From Bacteroidota bacterium (GTDB lineage: Bacteria; Bacteroidota; Ignavibacteria; SZUA-365), in NCBI GenBank assembly GCA_035362335.1, contig DAOSDL010000009.1, positions 208 to 64,207 of the forward strand: a stretch of 64,000 bases of DNA, in the 5' to 3' direction. Positions 47,654 to 58,707 of the stretch are shown in pieces. Below the pieces are notes generated by a model. That model did no database searches. It saw only the letters and a list, made by a program, of their open reading frames with translations, and was not told where the DNA came from. Positions within the stretch are counted from its first letter, which is position 1, and the number at the start of each line of letters is the position of its first letter. The position numbers were made by a program, and so were the translations under genes.

Positions 47654-48457
47654 ATGTTTACAACGAGCGGAATCGAGAGCAACAGCACCATACATGCGCA
47701 GCGGTTTTTACCGCTGATGCAGGCCCTGGCCAACGCCAGCGCGGCCTGGATCATGCCGTACTTCCAGTCGGGCACCGCAGTGGAAATGAAGCCCGACGCC
47801 ACGCCCGTTACCGAGGCCGATCGCGGTGCCGAGCGCGTCATGCGCGAGATGATACTCACCGCTTATCCCGAGCATGGGGTGACGGGTGAGGAATATGGCA
47901 GTGTGCACGCCGACGCCGAGTACCGCTGGGTGCTCGATCCCATCGACGGCACAAAATCCTTCGTGGCCGGTGTGCCACTGTTCGGCACGCTTATCGCGCT
48001 GTGCCACTACGGCGTGCCTGTACTGGGCTGTATCAACCTGCCGGCGCTGGGCATGCGCGTGCTGGGCGACGGTACGCGCTGCACGCTGAACGGGCGGGCG
48101 GTGCGTGCACGCAATATCGGCTCGGTGGATCGGGCGACCCTGTTGGTGACCGACCCTGCCGATATCGCGCGCCGGAAATCCGCCGCGGCTTTCCATCGCC
48201 TCAGCCAGCGCGTGGCGCTGTATCGAAGCTGGGGCGATTGCTACGGCTACGCCCTGCTGGCCACCGGCGCGGCCGACATCATGATCGATGCTTCGCTGCA
48301 GTCCTGGGACATGATGGCGCTGCTTCCGATTTTTGCCGGCGCGGGATTGGCCGCCGTGAATTACGAAGGAGGCGGCGCGTTGGGCTCCAACAGTCTTGTT
48401 GCCGCACATCCCGCCCTGCTCGATACCGTGATCTCCCTGCTCAACGAAAAACACTGA
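47654..48457 (+). CDS. Inositol monophosphatase-family phosphatase (possibly histidinol-phosphatase HisN-type)
   Basis: WVLDPIDGTKSF metal-binding motif. WGDCYGYALLATG. Confidence 0.75.
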   Translation: MFTTSGIESNSTIHAQRFLPLMQALANASAAWIMPYFQSGTAVEMKPDATPVTEADRGAERVMREMILTAYPEHGVTGEEYGSVHADAEYRWVLDPIDGTKSFVAGVPLFGTLIALCHYGVPVLGCINLPALGMRVLGDGTRCTLNGRAVRARNIGSVDRATLLVTDPADIARRKSAAAFHRLSQRVALYRSWGDCYGYALLATGAADIMIDASLQSWDMMALLPIFAGAGLAAVNYEGGGALGSNSLVAAHPALLDTVISLLNEKH

Positions 48458-48761
48458 ACCACGCCACGCGCCGCGAAGATGTCGGTATTCGTGATGGGCT
48501 TCATCGGGCTGGGGAGGAACACTCGTGGCTTGCCACTCCGGACACACATTCATCCCGCGAATCTTACCACCTTCGGCGCAGTCCACATCCGTTCAGCGAC
48601 CATCGGTCCGCATCCACGCAATCCGTATGGTGTCGACTTCGCCATCGCCGTGGGACGATTACGCGTCAGCGCACCGAATATTAGGCGGGCGTTCGAATTT
48701 CCCAACAGGGTTTTCACAGAACCGTAACAGGGCGGGAATATTGCGGTGATAGCTTTGTTGC

Positions 48762-49841
48762 ATGAAACAACGCATCACCCCCCGCACACTGCTTTCCCGC
48801 TTCCTCGTCGCATTGCTGCTGGCCGGGAGCGCCTATGTGTTCTGGCTTCAGATTGGCGACGTTCCGCTCCGAAACATCTACTCGCTCATCGCCGACATGG
48901 GACCATCGATCGCGCTGATCCTTCTTCCGTTCGGCGTGGTGATGTTTTTCGATGTGCTTGGCTGGCGGCATTGCATCACCGACGAGCGCGTGTTGCCGCT
49001 GCGTCGCCTCTTCGCCATCCGTCTCTCGACGGATGCGGTGATGAACACCTTGCCTGCGGGCGTGGCCGTGGCCGAGCCCCTGCGCAGCGTGTTGCTGCGT
49101 GACGTGCTCGGACTGCGCATGACCGATGCAGTGGGCGCCACCATTCTCGCCAAGATCAATCTGGCCATCGCGCAATTCCTCTTCATTCTTACAGGCGTGG
49201 GACTGGTGCTGCTGCACGCCCGGCAGCACGAGGGCAGCGCGATGTTGCTCGATGCGGCTGGAGGATGGACATCGGTGCTGCCGGTATCGGTACTCGCTTT
49301 GGGACTGCTGGCGCTGCCCTACAGCGGGCCCCGACTGTCGCAGCTCCTGCGCTTGCTGGCAAGCATTCCCTTGCGGCCGTTGCGGCGCGGTCTTGCGCGC
49401 ATTGACGAGGCCGTGCGCTCCATTGACAGCTATGTGGGAACGTTCGCGCGGGAGCATCGCAGTCGCTTCGTGACCTCGCTGTTGCTGTTCACCTGGAGTT
49501 GGCTGTTCATGGCCGCCGAGACCTGGTTGATCCTGCAGTTGCTCGGCGCGGACATCAGCATGACGCAGGCCATTGTCTTCGAGGGCGTTGCCTCGATTGT
49601 GCGGCTGATGTTCTTCTTCCTTCCCGCTGGCATCGGCGCGCAGGATGTGAGTTTCGTGGCCATGCTGCAGGCTTCGGGCATTCCCGAGGCGGCCGTCATC
49701 GCGGTGGCCTTTGTGCTGCTGCGCCGAGGCAAGGAACTGCTGTGGAACGGCGGTGGCCTGCTCTTACTGGCATGGCTGCGGGTGGGACGGTTGCGGCGCC
49801 GCGATGATGGACTCGCGCTGTCGCCGGAGGCCGCCACATGA
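48762..49841 (+). CDS. Flippase-like / LPG-synthase-TM (UPF0104) domain membrane protein
   Basis: Polytopic membrane protein. Second member of this family in the window. ATGA overlap with the next gene. Confidence 0.6.
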   Translation: MKQRITPRTLLSRFLVALLLAGSAYVFWLQIGDVPLRNIYSLIADMGPSIALILLPFGVVMFFDVLGWRHCITDERVLPLRRLFAIRLSTDAVMNTLPAGVAVAEPLRSVLLRDVLGLRMTDAVGATILAKINLAIAQFLFILTGVGLVLLHARQHEGSAMLLDAAGGWTSVLPVSVLALGLLALPYSGPRLSQLLRLLASIPLRPLRRGLARIDEAVRSIDSYVGTFAREHRSRFVTSLLLFTWSWLFMAAETWLILQLLGADISMTQAIVFEGVASIVRLMFFFLPAGIGAQDVSFVAMLQASGIPEAAVIAVAFVLLRRGKELLWNGGGLLLLAWLRVGRLRRRDDGLALSPEAAT

Positions 49842-50890
49842 AGCGCATTCTTTTCATCTGCGGATCGATGAATCAGACCACGCAGATGCACGCCATCGCT
49901 CGGCAGCTCGAGGAATACGACTGCCATTTCACTCCGTTTTATTCGCATGGTCTGCTGGGATGGCTCGCGAAGCATGGCGTGCTGGAGTTTTCCATTCTGG
50001 GATCGAAGCTCGGTACACGAGCGCTTGCATACATGCGTCAGCACGATCTCCAGGTGGACCTTCATGGCAAACAGCATCGCTACGATCTCGTACTCACATG
50101 CAGCGACCTCGTCATACCTCGCAACATCCGCGATAATCGTGTGATACTGGTGCAGGAGGGCATGACCGATCCGGAGGGACTGGCCTATCATCTGGTGAAA
50201 TGGCTGCGACTTCCGCGATGGCTGGCCAGCACGAGCACAACGGGACTGAGTCACCGGTACGATCTGTTCTGCGTGGCGAGCGAGGGTTATCGTCGTCATT
50301 TCCTCCGCAAGGGTGTGCGGCCGGAAACACTGCGCGTGACGGGTATTCCCAATTTCGACAACTGCGCGGCCTATCGCGACAACAGCTTCCCGCATCGGGA
50401 TTTCGTGCTTGTGGCCACCAGCGATGCGCGTGAGACCTTCAAGTACGAGAATCGCTCCGCACTGATCCGTCGCTGTCTGCGCATCGCCGATGGACGGCAG
50501 CTCATTTTCAAACTCCATCCGAACGAGGACGCGCGGCGCGCCACGCGCGAAATCGCCGCGCTGGCACCGGAAGCTCTGGTGTATGCCGACGGCGACATTC
50601 ATCACATGATCGCCAACTGTGCGGTGCTCGTCACACGTTTCTCCAGTGTGGTGTATGTGGGACTCGCGCTGGGAAAAGAGGTGTACTCCGCCTTCGACAT
50701 CGACGAATTGCGCGCGCTGCTCCCGTTGCAAAACGGCGGCACATCGGCGCAGCATATCGCTCGGGAGTGTCGCATGCTCATGGAACGGGAAAGCGCGCCA
50801 CGACGTGTTGTCCGCGACGCGTATCCCTGGCTCGACACGTTCTTTTCTCCACAACCATTCGCGCGCCTGCGCGCAAAATTCCGGGGCTGA
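49838..50890 (+). CDS. Putative GT-B-fold glycosyltransferase (MGDG-synthase/2-epimerase-like)
   Basis: N-terminus KRILFICGSMNQTTQMHAIARQL and C-terminal Rossmann-like half. Translationally coupled to the upstream membrane protein. Confidence 0.45.
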   Translation: MKRILFICGSMNQTTQMHAIARQLEEYDCHFTPFYSHGLLGWLAKHGVLEFSILGSKLGTRALAYMRQHDLQVDLHGKQHRYDLVLTCSDLVIPRNIRDNRVILVQEGMTDPEGLAYHLVKWLRLPRWLASTSTTGLSHRYDLFCVASEGYRRHFLRKGVRPETLRVTGIPNFDNCAAYRDNSFPHRDFVLVATSDARETFKYENRSALIRRCLRIADGRQLIFKLHPNEDARRATREIAALAPEALVYADGDIHHMIANCAVLVTRFSSVVYVGLALGKEVYSAFDIDELRALLPLQNGGTSAQHIARECRMLMERESAPRRVVRDAYPWLDTFFSPQPFARLRAKFRG

Positions 50891-50893
50891 ACA

Positions 50894-51742
50894 ATGCGCA
50901 TCGTGATAGTGATACAAGCGCGCATGGGCAGCACGCGATTGCCCGGCAAAGTGATGCTGCCTCTTGCCGGCGAGCCGCTGCTGCTGCGCATGATCGAGCG
51001 CGTGAAAGCCGCGCGCACGCATGCCACCGTTGTGGTGGCAACAACCAGCAGCAAGGATGACGACCCCATCCGCGCGCTTTGCGCAGCCAACTTCGTGCCC
51101 TGCTACAGCGGCGACGAGCACGACCTGTTGGACCGGCACTACCGCGCCGCCTTGCTGCACGATGCCGATGTCGTGGTGAAAATTCCTTCGGACTGCCCTC
51201 TCATTGACCCCAAAGTCATCGATCGCGTCATTCTGGAGTACGTACGCTACGCGCGGGCCTACGATTACGTGAGCAATCTCCACCCCGCCACCTGGCCCGA
51301 CGGCAACGATGTGGAGGTGATGCCCATCCGTGTGCTGCGCGAGGCATGGAAAGAAGCGCGCCGGCTCTTCGAGCGCGAGCACACCACACCATTCATCTGG
51401 GAGCAGCCCGACCGGTATCGCATCGGCAATGTGCTGTGGGAGAGTGGACTGGATTACTCGATGTCGCATCGCTGGACTATCGATTATGAAGAGGACTACC
51501 GCTTCATCGCGGCGGTGTACGATGCGTTGTACAGTGCGGAGCGCCCGATCTTCGGCGTACACGACATACTCGCGCTGCTACATCGACAACCCGACATCGC
51601 GACGCTCAACAGCGGCTACGTGGGAGTAAACTGGTACCGCCATCATTTGCACGAGTTGCGTACCGTGCGACCGGAACACACGTGCATGCCTGGCAACTCA
51701 CGGGATTTTCATTCACCTTTCGCCATTGGGAACGCCTCATGA
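50894..51742 (+). CDS. Cytidylyltransferase, CTP_transf_3 family (SpsF/PseF/NeuA-like CMP-sugar synthetase)
   Basis: MRIVIVIQARMGSTRLPGKVMLPLAGEPLL N-terminal signature. Confidence 0.75.
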   Translation: MRIVIVIQARMGSTRLPGKVMLPLAGEPLLLRMIERVKAARTHATVVVATTSSKDDDPIRALCAANFVPCYSGDEHDLLDRHYRAALLHDADVVVKIPSDCPLIDPKVIDRVILEYVRYARAYDYVSNLHPATWPDGNDVEVMPIRVLREAWKEARRLFEREHTTPFIWEQPDRYRIGNVLWESGLDYSMSHRWTIDYEEDYRFIAAVYDALYSAERPIFGVHDILALLHRQPDIATLNSGYVGVNWYRHHLHELRTVRPEHTCMPGNSRDFHSPFAIGNAS

Positions 51743-52596
51743 CCGATATGGAACACCTCGCCTTGCACGAACGCGCGATGCGCGTGCGCGAACATATCAT
51801 CCGCATGTCCACCGACGGCGGCTGCTTCATCGGCGCCTCGCTCTCCTGCACCGATCTCATCATGTATCTGTACAGCAGCGTGCTGAACATCGCGCCCGAT
51901 CGCGTGGACGATGCGCAGCGCGACTACTTTCTGCTCTCGAAAGGCCACGATGTACCGGCGGTGTACGGCACCTTCGCCGAGCTGGGCTACATCGGCGCGG
52001 AGCGACTGCGCAATCACCTGCACGCGCATGACGTTCTGTACTGGCATCCGAATCGCGGCGTGCCCGGCGTGGAATTCCACTCCGGCTCGCTCGGTCACCT
52101 CTTGTCGGTGGGCATCGGCGTCGCGCTGGATATTCGCCTGCGCAAGGCGGGCAATCGCGTGTTCGTAATGCTGGGTGATGGCGAATTGAACGAAGGCAGC
52201 GTATGGGAGGCCTGCCTGGTGGCGGGTGCGCAAAAACTGGATCAGCTGGTTGTGATTATCGATCGCAATGGCTTTCAGGCGAACCTGCGCACCGAAGAAC
52301 TGCTTCCGCTGGAATCGCTGGAACAAAAGTTCGAGGCCTTTGGCTGGGCTGTGCGCCGCATCGACGGGCATTCCTTTCCCGCGATGGAGGACGCCTTCTC
52401 GTCACTGCCGTTCGAACAGGGCAAACCGAGCGTGCTCATTGCGGATACTGTGCGTGGCAAGGGCCTCCCAAGCATAGAGCAACGCGCGGACCGCTGGTTC
52501 GTGAATTTCAGCGGCGAGGAAGTGAGTATGCTGTTGGACGAATTGCACGGGCACTCCGCGGCGCAACTGCACTCGGCCGCTCTGCACGTGCGTTGA
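51739..52596 (+). CDS. Transketolase, N-terminal (TPP-binding) subunit of split transketolase
   Basis: HPNRGVPGVEFHSGSLGHLLSVGIGVAL and VMLGDGELNEGSVWEA motifs. Confidence 0.85.
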   Translation: MTDMEHLALHERAMRVREHIIRMSTDGGCFIGASLSCTDLIMYLYSSVLNIAPDRVDDAQRDYFLLSKGHDVPAVYGTFAELGYIGAERLRNHLHAHDVLYWHPNRGVPGVEFHSGSLGHLLSVGIGVALDIRLRKAGNRVFVMLGDGELNEGSVWEACLVAGAQKLDQLVVIIDRNGFQANLRTEELLPLESLEQKFEAFGWAVRRIDGHSFPAMEDAFSSLPFEQGKPSVLIADTVRGKGLPSIEQRADRWFVNFSGEEVSMLLDELHGHSAAQLHSAALHVR

Positions 52597-52626
52597 TCAA
52601 CTATCCGTGTACAAGGACATCGCATC

Positions 52627-53580
52627 ATGACGTACGAAGAACAACTCCTCGCCCTCGCCAAAGAGGACGAGCGCATTGTGGTGATGACAGCCGAGAATCG
52701 CGCCGCCATCCGCGGTTTGCCCGCGCAACTGGGCGAGCGCTTCATCGACGTGGGTATTTGCGAACAGACCATGGTGGGCGCGGCCGCCGGGCTGGCGCTG
52801 CGCGGGCGCATTCCCGTGCTGCACGCTCTCGCCACCTTCCTCACCATGCGCGCCTTCGAATTCATTCGCACCGACATCGGCATCGGGGGACTGCCCGTGA
52901 AACTGGTTGGCGCCGTTCCCGGGTTTCTTTCCGATGGCAACGGCCCCACGCATCAGGCGTTGGAAGACATCGCCATCATGCGCGGCATTCCGGGTATGCA
53001 GGTGTTTTGTCCCGCCGACAACGATGAATTGCTGGCGGGTCTGCCCGCCATGCTGGCGACACCCTTCCCCTGCTACATCCGCTACAATGCGATGCCGGCA
53101 GTGGTGCGGCATCACGAGCCCTTCGCGCCGGGACGCGCCGAGCAATTCGGAGAGGGAAATGATGTGGCCTTGCTGACCTACGGTTTCCTGTTGCGCGAAG
53201 TGCTCGAAGCGCAGCGCCTGCTCGAAGCCGAGGGATTGGCCTGCCGCGTGGTGAATCTGCGCACGCTCGCTCCCCTCGACAAGGACATGCTGCTTTCCGC
53301 CGTCGCCGCGTGCGGCACCGTGGTGACCGTGGAGGATCACTTCCTCACCGGCGGCTTGTACAGCATACTCGCCGAGTTGCTGTTGGCGCATGGCATGACC
53401 GCTTCGGTGCTGGCCATCGCCATGGACAGCCGCTGGTTTCGTCCGGCCACCCTTCCGCGCGTGCTTGAGCACGAGCATTTCACCGGCGCACATATCGCGC
53501 GTCGCATACTCCACGCCCTTGCCCCCGAGGAAGAATTTGTGCGCGGCAACGGGCAACCTCTGTTCAAAACCTATCTCTGA
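52627..53580 (+). CDS. Transketolase, C-terminal (pyrimidine-binding) subunit
   Basis: FIDVGICEQTMVGAAAGLALRGRIP. HQALEDIAIMRGIPGMQVFCPAD. Confidence 0.85.
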   Translation: MTYEEQLLALAKEDERIVVMTAENRAAIRGLPAQLGERFIDVGICEQTMVGAAAGLALRGRIPVLHALATFLTMRAFEFIRTDIGIGGLPVKLVGAVPGFLSDGNGPTHQALEDIAIMRGIPGMQVFCPADNDELLAGLPAMLATPFPCYIRYNAMPAVVRHHEPFAPGRAEQFGEGNDVALLTYGFLLREVLEAQRLLEAEGLACRVVNLRTLAPLDKDMLLSAVAACGTVVTVEDHFLTGGLYSILAELLLAHGMTASVLAIAMDSRWFRPATLPRVLEHEHFTGAHIARRILHALAPEEEFVRGNGQPLFKTYL

Positions 53581-53583
53581 GTC

Positions 53584-54924
53584 ATGGCCAATACCGTCGC
53601 TTTCAACGAACACTACCCCGTCATCGAGCAATCCACACAACTGCTCGCGCGCGCCGAAGCGCTGATACCCGCGCAAACGCAAACGCTCGCCAAAGGTCCC
53701 GGACAATACGTGCGCGGCGTGGCGCCGGTGTTTGCCGTGCGCGGCAAGGGTGCGCATGTGTGGGATGTGGACGGCAACGAATACATCGACTACAACATGG
53801 GGATCGGTCCGATTTCGCTGGGCTACGCCTACCCGCGCGTGGACGAAGCGATACGCGCGCAGCTCGAGGACGGCATCACCTTCTCGCTGGTGCATCCGCT
53901 GGAAGTGGAAGTGGGAGAATTGCTGCGCGAGATTGTGCCATCGATCGAGATGCTGCGCTACTCCAAAGCCGGCAACGACGTGACCTCGGCAGCGGTGCGT
54001 CTGGCGCGCGCGTTCACCGGCCGCAACACCGTGCTGTGTTGTGGCTACCACGGCTGGCACGACTGGTACATTGCCGTGACCGACCGCAATCGCGGCATTC
54101 CGCAAGCGACACAGGATTTGACGTACACCTTTCAATACAACGACATCAACTCCGTGATCGACTCCATCGACGACGACACCGCCTGCGTGATTCTCGAACC
54201 CGCGGTATTCGAGGCGCCGCGGGAGGGATTTCTCGAAGAACTCCGCGCGGTGTGTGATCGGCACGGCGTGTTGTTGATTTTCGATGAAATGTGGACGGGG
54301 TTTCGTCTGGCCCTGGGCGGAGCGCAGGAGTACTTCGGAGTGCGCGCGGATCTGGTGTGCTACTCGAAGGCCATTGCCAACGGCATGCCGCTCAGTGTGC
54401 TGGGCGGTCGCGCCGACGTGCTTCGCCTGTGCGAGCGCGACGTGTTCTTCTTCACCACTTTCGGCGGAGAGGCGCTGTCGCTGGCGGCGGCCAAGGCCAC
54501 CATGCTGGAAATGCGCGAGAAGCATGTGCAGGACGAGCTGTTCCGCCTGGGCTCACGAATGATGAATGGTTTCCGGAGTCTCCTGTCGGATATGCATATC
54601 GACTATGTGGGCATCACCGGCTTCGCCCCGCGCAGCATGGTGACCTTCGATGCGCGTGCCGGCAATCCACTCATTCTCAAATCGCTGGCGCAGCAGGAAT
54701 TGATAAAGCGCGGCGTGCTGTGGTCCGGATTTCACACCATGAGTTTCTCCCACAGCGATGCCGACATCGACCACACGCTGGCGGCATGGCGCGAGACACT
54801 GCAATTGCTGGACGAGGCCGTGGCCGGCGGCGATCCCTCAGCGATGCTGCGGGGCGCACCGGTGGAGCCGGTGTTTCGCAAGACGTCGAATTTCAACACG
54901 CGGGCACGCGGCGTGACGCGTTAG
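53584..54924 (+). CDS. Class-III PLP-dependent aminotransferase (glutamate-1-semialdehyde aminomutase-like)
   Basis: LIFDEMWTGFRLALGG and catalytic Lys in YSKAIANGMP. Confidence 0.8.
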   Translation: MANTVAFNEHYPVIEQSTQLLARAEALIPAQTQTLAKGPGQYVRGVAPVFAVRGKGAHVWDVDGNEYIDYNMGIGPISLGYAYPRVDEAIRAQLEDGITFSLVHPLEVEVGELLREIVPSIEMLRYSKAGNDVTSAAVRLARAFTGRNTVLCCGYHGWHDWYIAVTDRNRGIPQATQDLTYTFQYNDINSVIDSIDDDTACVILEPAVFEAPREGFLEELRAVCDRHGVLLIFDEMWTGFRLALGGAQEYFGVRADLVCYSKAIANGMPLSVLGGRADVLRLCERDVFFFTTFGGEALSLAAAKATMLEMREKHVQDELFRLGSRMMNGFRSLLSDMHIDYVGITGFAPRSMVTFDARAGNPLILKSLAQQELIKRGVLWSGFHTMSFSHSDADIDHTLAAWRETLQLLDEAVAGGDPSAMLRGAPVEPVFRKTSNFNTRARGVTR

Positions 54925-54957
54925 GTCGCCAGCAACATACGCAAGCCGGAGCATGCC

Positions 54958-55911
54958 ATGATAAGCCAGTTGATGTCGGAAGCGGTGCGCACACGAAGCA
55001 CCATACTGCGCGAACGCCTGAGTGCGCAACTCACCGCCGAATACCGTCTGCGCTGTCTCTCCATCAATACACATCGCGGCCAGGGACCGAAGTTGTCGCT
55101 GTTGCGCGACACGCGTTCGCCCGAAGAGGCGCAGCGCATTGCGCTGATGCACGACACGCGCGCCTACGCGTATTTCATCGCGGAGTGGTTGAATACGCAT
55201 CGGCAGCGCTACGATGTGGTGGCCTTGCAGGAAGTGTTCAGCGGCATTTTGGGCGTGGGCGAGCGCATCGTGCAGAAGTATCGGCAGCGCGACCATTACC
55301 GCGTACTGAGCGGTTTCGCGAGTTATCTCGAGCACGGTGTGGGCTTCGCGGGATTCCGGTATCAGAATCTGCTGCTCAGTCAGATGCCCAAGCTCTCGCA
55401 ATGCGCCTTCAACCGCCATCTCCCCGGCAAGGTGTTTTTTCTCGCGAGTTGCGGTTTTACGCTCGCGCCGTTTCTTTTAAAAGATGTGATCGTCTGGATT
55501 GGCAATACGCATTTGCACGCGTACAGTCCCGCCGCGCGCATGCGGCAGGCGCGCAGCATCGCGCAGGTGATACGCTCGCTGGGTGATGTGCCCGTGGTGT
55601 TCATGGGCGACTTCAACACCGTGCCGGAGGGTTTCCGCATCGACAGTTTCGGACCGGGCGACATCGACCGCTACGACTACCGCAACGACAGCACGCTGCG
55701 CATACTCGAGGACGCCGGTCTCTCGACCGTGCACCATGCCGACGCGCGGCCCTTTCACACCTATCCCACAGGCATGCCCAATCGCACACTCGACTACATC
55801 ATGTGGAGTCGGCATTGGCATGTGCACGATTACGGCGTACTGCACGATTTCACCCTCAGCGACCATTATCCTGTCCACGCCGAACTGGAATTGAAACTCC
55901 GCGACAACTGA
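54958..55911 (+). CDS. Endonuclease/exonuclease/phosphatase (EEP) family protein
   Basis: C-terminal [13 protein letters not shown] motif. NTHLHA..., GDFNTVP. Confidence 0.6.
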   Translation: MISQLMSEAVRTRSTILRERLSAQLTAEYRLRCLSINTHRGQGPKLSLLRDTRSPEEAQRIALMHDTRAYAYFIAEWLNTHRQRYDVVALQEVFSGILGVGERIVQKYRQRDHYRVLSGFASYLEHGVGFAGFRYQNLLLSQMPKLSQCAFNRHLPGKVFFLASCGFTLAPFLLKDVIVWIGNTHLHAYSPAARMRQARSIAQVIRSLGDVPVVFMGDFNTVPEGFRIDSFGPGDIDRYDYRNDSTLRILEDAGLSTVHHADARPFHTYPTGMPNRTLDYIMWSRHWHVHDYGVLHDFTLSDHYPVHAELELKLRDN

Positions 55912-55918
55912 GAACAGC

Positions 55919-56776
55919 ATGCACAACATCACCATGAACGGCGCCGCCGAGCAGGGCGCGCTGCAGCAGTTTCGACTCGATGGCCGCGTGGCCATCGTCA
56001 CCGGCGCTCTCGGTCTGATCGGCCGCGAGCATTGTCGCGCTCTGGCGGAGGCGGGTGCCACCGTGGTGCTCACCGATACCCGCGCCGACGCCTGCGAGCA
56101 GGCCGCAGCAGCACTGGCCGCTTCCACGGGCATGCCCGCCTTGGGAATGGCGACGGACATTACCGACGCCGAAGCGCTGCGCGGGTTGCGCGACACTGTA
56201 CTCGAGCGCTTCGGCCGCGTGGACATTCTGGTGAACAATGCCGCCATCAACGATATGGTGGAAGATCCCGTGGCCGCCGCCGAGCTTTCGCGCTTCGAGA
56301 ATTATCCGCTCGAACTCTGGCGTCGCTGCCTCGATGTGAATGTGACGGGCGCCTTTCTCTGCTCGCAAATTCTTGGAGCACCCATGGCCGAAGCGGGCCG
56401 GGGCTCCATCATCAACATAGCGAGCACTTACGGCATAGTGGCGCCCGACCAGTCGCTGTACCTCAAACCCGATGGGACGCAGCCCTTTTTCAAATCGCCC
56501 GTGTATCCCGCAAGCAAGGGGGCGATACTCTCCTTCACGCGTTTTCTCGCCGCCTACTGGGGAGCGCGCGGTGTGCGCGTCAACGCGCTCTCGCCCGGCG
56601 GTGTGGAGAACGGGCAGGCCGACTACTTCGTGCAGGCCTACAGCCGCCGCACTCCGCTGGGACGCATGGCATCGAACAGCGACTACCGCGGTGCCCTGCT
56701 CTTCCTTGCCAGCGACGCATCGTCGTATGTCACCGGCGCGAATCTCGTGGTGGATGGCGGCTGGACCATCTGGTGA
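55919..56776 (+). CDS. SDR-family oxidoreductase
   Basis: [11 protein letters not shown] Rossmann motif. NNAAIND. Catalytic YPASK. Confidence 0.85.
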   Translation: MHNITMNGAAEQGALQQFRLDGRVAIVTGALGLIGREHCRALAEAGATVVLTDTRADACEQAAAALAASTGMPALGMATDITDAEALRGLRDTVLERFGRVDILVNNAAINDMVEDPVAAAELSRFENYPLELWRRCLDVNVTGAFLCSQILGAPMAEAGRGSIINIASTYGIVAPDQSLYLKPDGTQPFFKSPVYPASKGAILSFTRFLAAYWGARGVRVNALSPGGVENGQADYFVQAYSRRTPLGRMASNSDYRGALLFLASDASSYVTGANLVVDGGWTIW

Positions 56777-56811
56777 TTGCGGGACACGCGCCCGCGTTGT
56801 ACTTTGAGCGC

Positions 56812-57378
56812 ATGAACACACTCGAAGCCAACAGCATACTCCCCGCGCCGCTCGGCGGCTTTCAACATATCGCGCCGGCCGAGGCCCGCAAACGCGCAGC
56901 CCGCATTCGCCTGCTGCTCACCGACAACGATGGCGTGCTGACCGACACCGGCGTGTACTACGGTCCCGACGGCGAACTGGTGAAGCGCTACAGCATACGC
57001 GACGGCATGGGCGTCGAGCGGCTTAAGCTCATCGGCGTGGAAACCGGCATCATCACCGGCGAGAAATCGCTCAATCTCAAACGTCGCGCCGAAAAGCTCC
57101 GCCTCGCGCATCTGTACCTCGGCATCAAGGACAAGACCGCCACCATCGAGGCCATTCGCCGCGCGGCGAATTTGTCCATGGATGAAATCGCCTATATCGG
57201 CGACGATGTGAACGATCTCCGCGCCATGGATCTGATCGGCGAGCGCGGACTGACCGCGGCTCCCGCCGACGCCATGCCGCAGGTGCGCGCCATCGCCCAG
57301 TACCTCTGCGCCTGGAATGGCGGCGCGGGCGCGTTCCGCGATTTCGCCGAGGCGCTGATTACCTTGCGGGGGAGGTGA
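56812..57378 (+). CDS. HAD-family KdsC/YrbI-like phosphatase (Kdo-8-P / KDN-9-P phosphatase type)
   Basis: LLLTDNDGVLTD motif I. IGDDVNDL motif. Confidence 0.8.
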   Translation: MNTLEANSILPAPLGGFQHIAPAEARKRAARIRLLLTDNDGVLTDTGVYYGPDGELVKRYSIRDGMGVERLKLIGVETGIITGEKSLNLKRRAEKLRLAHLYLGIKDKTATIEAIRRAANLSMDEIAYIGDDVNDLRAMDLIGERGLTAAPADAMPQVRAIAQYLCAWNGGAGAFRDFAEALITLRGR

Positions 57379-57425
57379 ATCGGTAATCGTGAATCGTGAA
57401 TCGTTAATCGTTAATCGTGAAATGT
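57377..57425. repeat. Tandem octamer repeat (AATCGTKA)x6 immediately after the KdsC-like stop
   Basis: gaatcggtaatcgtgaatcgtgaatcgttaatcgttaatcgtgaaatg. Confidence 0.5.
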
Positions 57426-57707
57426 GAACAGGCGTGAGGAAGCTGTCCTTGAGACGAGAGCGTCCACTTTCCAGGCGCCTGCTGTCAGACTCGACTAATA
57501 CGCGCATATACCTCGATTAACGTCACTTGATCCTGTCGCAATCGGCGTACCGTCTTTACTCTTTACTCTCCTCCTCCCCTCACACTGCGCTCACACCACC
57601 CTCACCCCGGCGCAACGAAAGACACAACAGTATTTAACCGAGCGCTCAAATTCTCCTTACATGCCGCGGCTACATTGCTATCGTAAGGTAATTCCACCAT
57701 TGGAGGC

Positions 57708-58619
57708 ATGCGTATGGCAACGGCAGTGCGCCGCATCGGAGACATCGAGGTCGGGGAAGGTCATCCCGTCTATATCATCGCGGAGATCGGCATCAATCAC
57801 AACGGTTCGCTGGACATCGCGAAAAAGCTGATCGACGGCGCGGTGTTCGCCGGCTGCAACGCGGTGAAATTCCAGAAACGCACGCCTGAACTGTGCGTAC
57901 CCCGCGAACAATGGGACGTGCAGCGCGATACGCTGTGGGGTCGCATGTCGTACATCGATTACCGGCGTTTGATGGAGTTCACCGAGGAGCAATACGCCGA
58001 GATCGATCACTACTGTCGTGCGAAAGGTATACACTGGTTCGTGTCCGCATGGGACGAGGAAGCGGTGGACTTCATCGAACGCTTCGACACTCCGTTGTAC
58101 AAGGCGCCGTCCGCATCGCTCACCGATCTCCCGCTGCTCCATCACATGAAAGCCACGGGCAAGCCGCTGATGATATCCACGGGGATGTCCAGCATGGAAG
58201 AGATCGAAACCGCAGTGGACGAACTCGGCACCGACAATCTCCTCATCGCGCATTCCACCTCCGCCTATCCCTGCGAGATTCACGAGTTGAATCTCCGCAT
58301 GATCGACACGCTGAAAAGCAACTATCCGGACACCCCGATCGGGTATTCGGGACATGAAACGGGTCTCGCGCCCACCTGGGCGGCGGTGGCGCGTGGCGCC
58401 TGCTTCGTCGAGCGCCATATCACGCTGGATCGCGCCATGTGGGGATCCGACCACGCGGCGTCGGTGGAAATCGTCGGTTTGTACCGCATGGTGTCCAATA
58501 TCCGCGACATCGAGCGCGCGATGGGCGACGGCGTGAAGCGCGTGTACGAAAGCGAACTCGCCCCGCGGAAGAAATTGCGCCGCGTGCACACGAACACGCA
58601 GGCAATGACCACGAACTGA
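57708..58619 (+). CDS. NeuB-family synthase (sialic acid/KDN-9-P/pseudaminic-type PEP-condensing enzyme). Apparently lacks the C-terminal SAF domain.
   Basis: IIAEIGINHNGSLDIAKKLIDGA. HSTSAYPC. 302 aa. Confidence 0.8.
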   Translation: MRMATAVRRIGDIEVGEGHPVYIIAEIGINHNGSLDIAKKLIDGAVFAGCNAVKFQKRTPELCVPREQWDVQRDTLWGRMSYIDYRRLMEFTEEQYAEIDHYCRAKGIHWFVSAWDEEAVDFIERFDTPLYKAPSASLTDLPLLHHMKATGKPLMISTGMSSMEEIETAVDELGTDNLLIAHSTSAYPCEIHELNLRMIDTLKSNYPDTPIGYSGHETGLAPTWAAVARGACFVERHITLDRAMWGSDHAASVEIVGLYRMVSNIRDIERAMGDGVKRVYESELAPRKKLRRVHTNTQAMTTN

Positions 58620-58707
58620 CTCTCCGTACCATTCATCTCCGCGCTTCGCCGGCATCGGTACGCACGCCACGGCGTCCGATGCCGGTCGAAGTTTCGGCTT
58701 CATCCGT

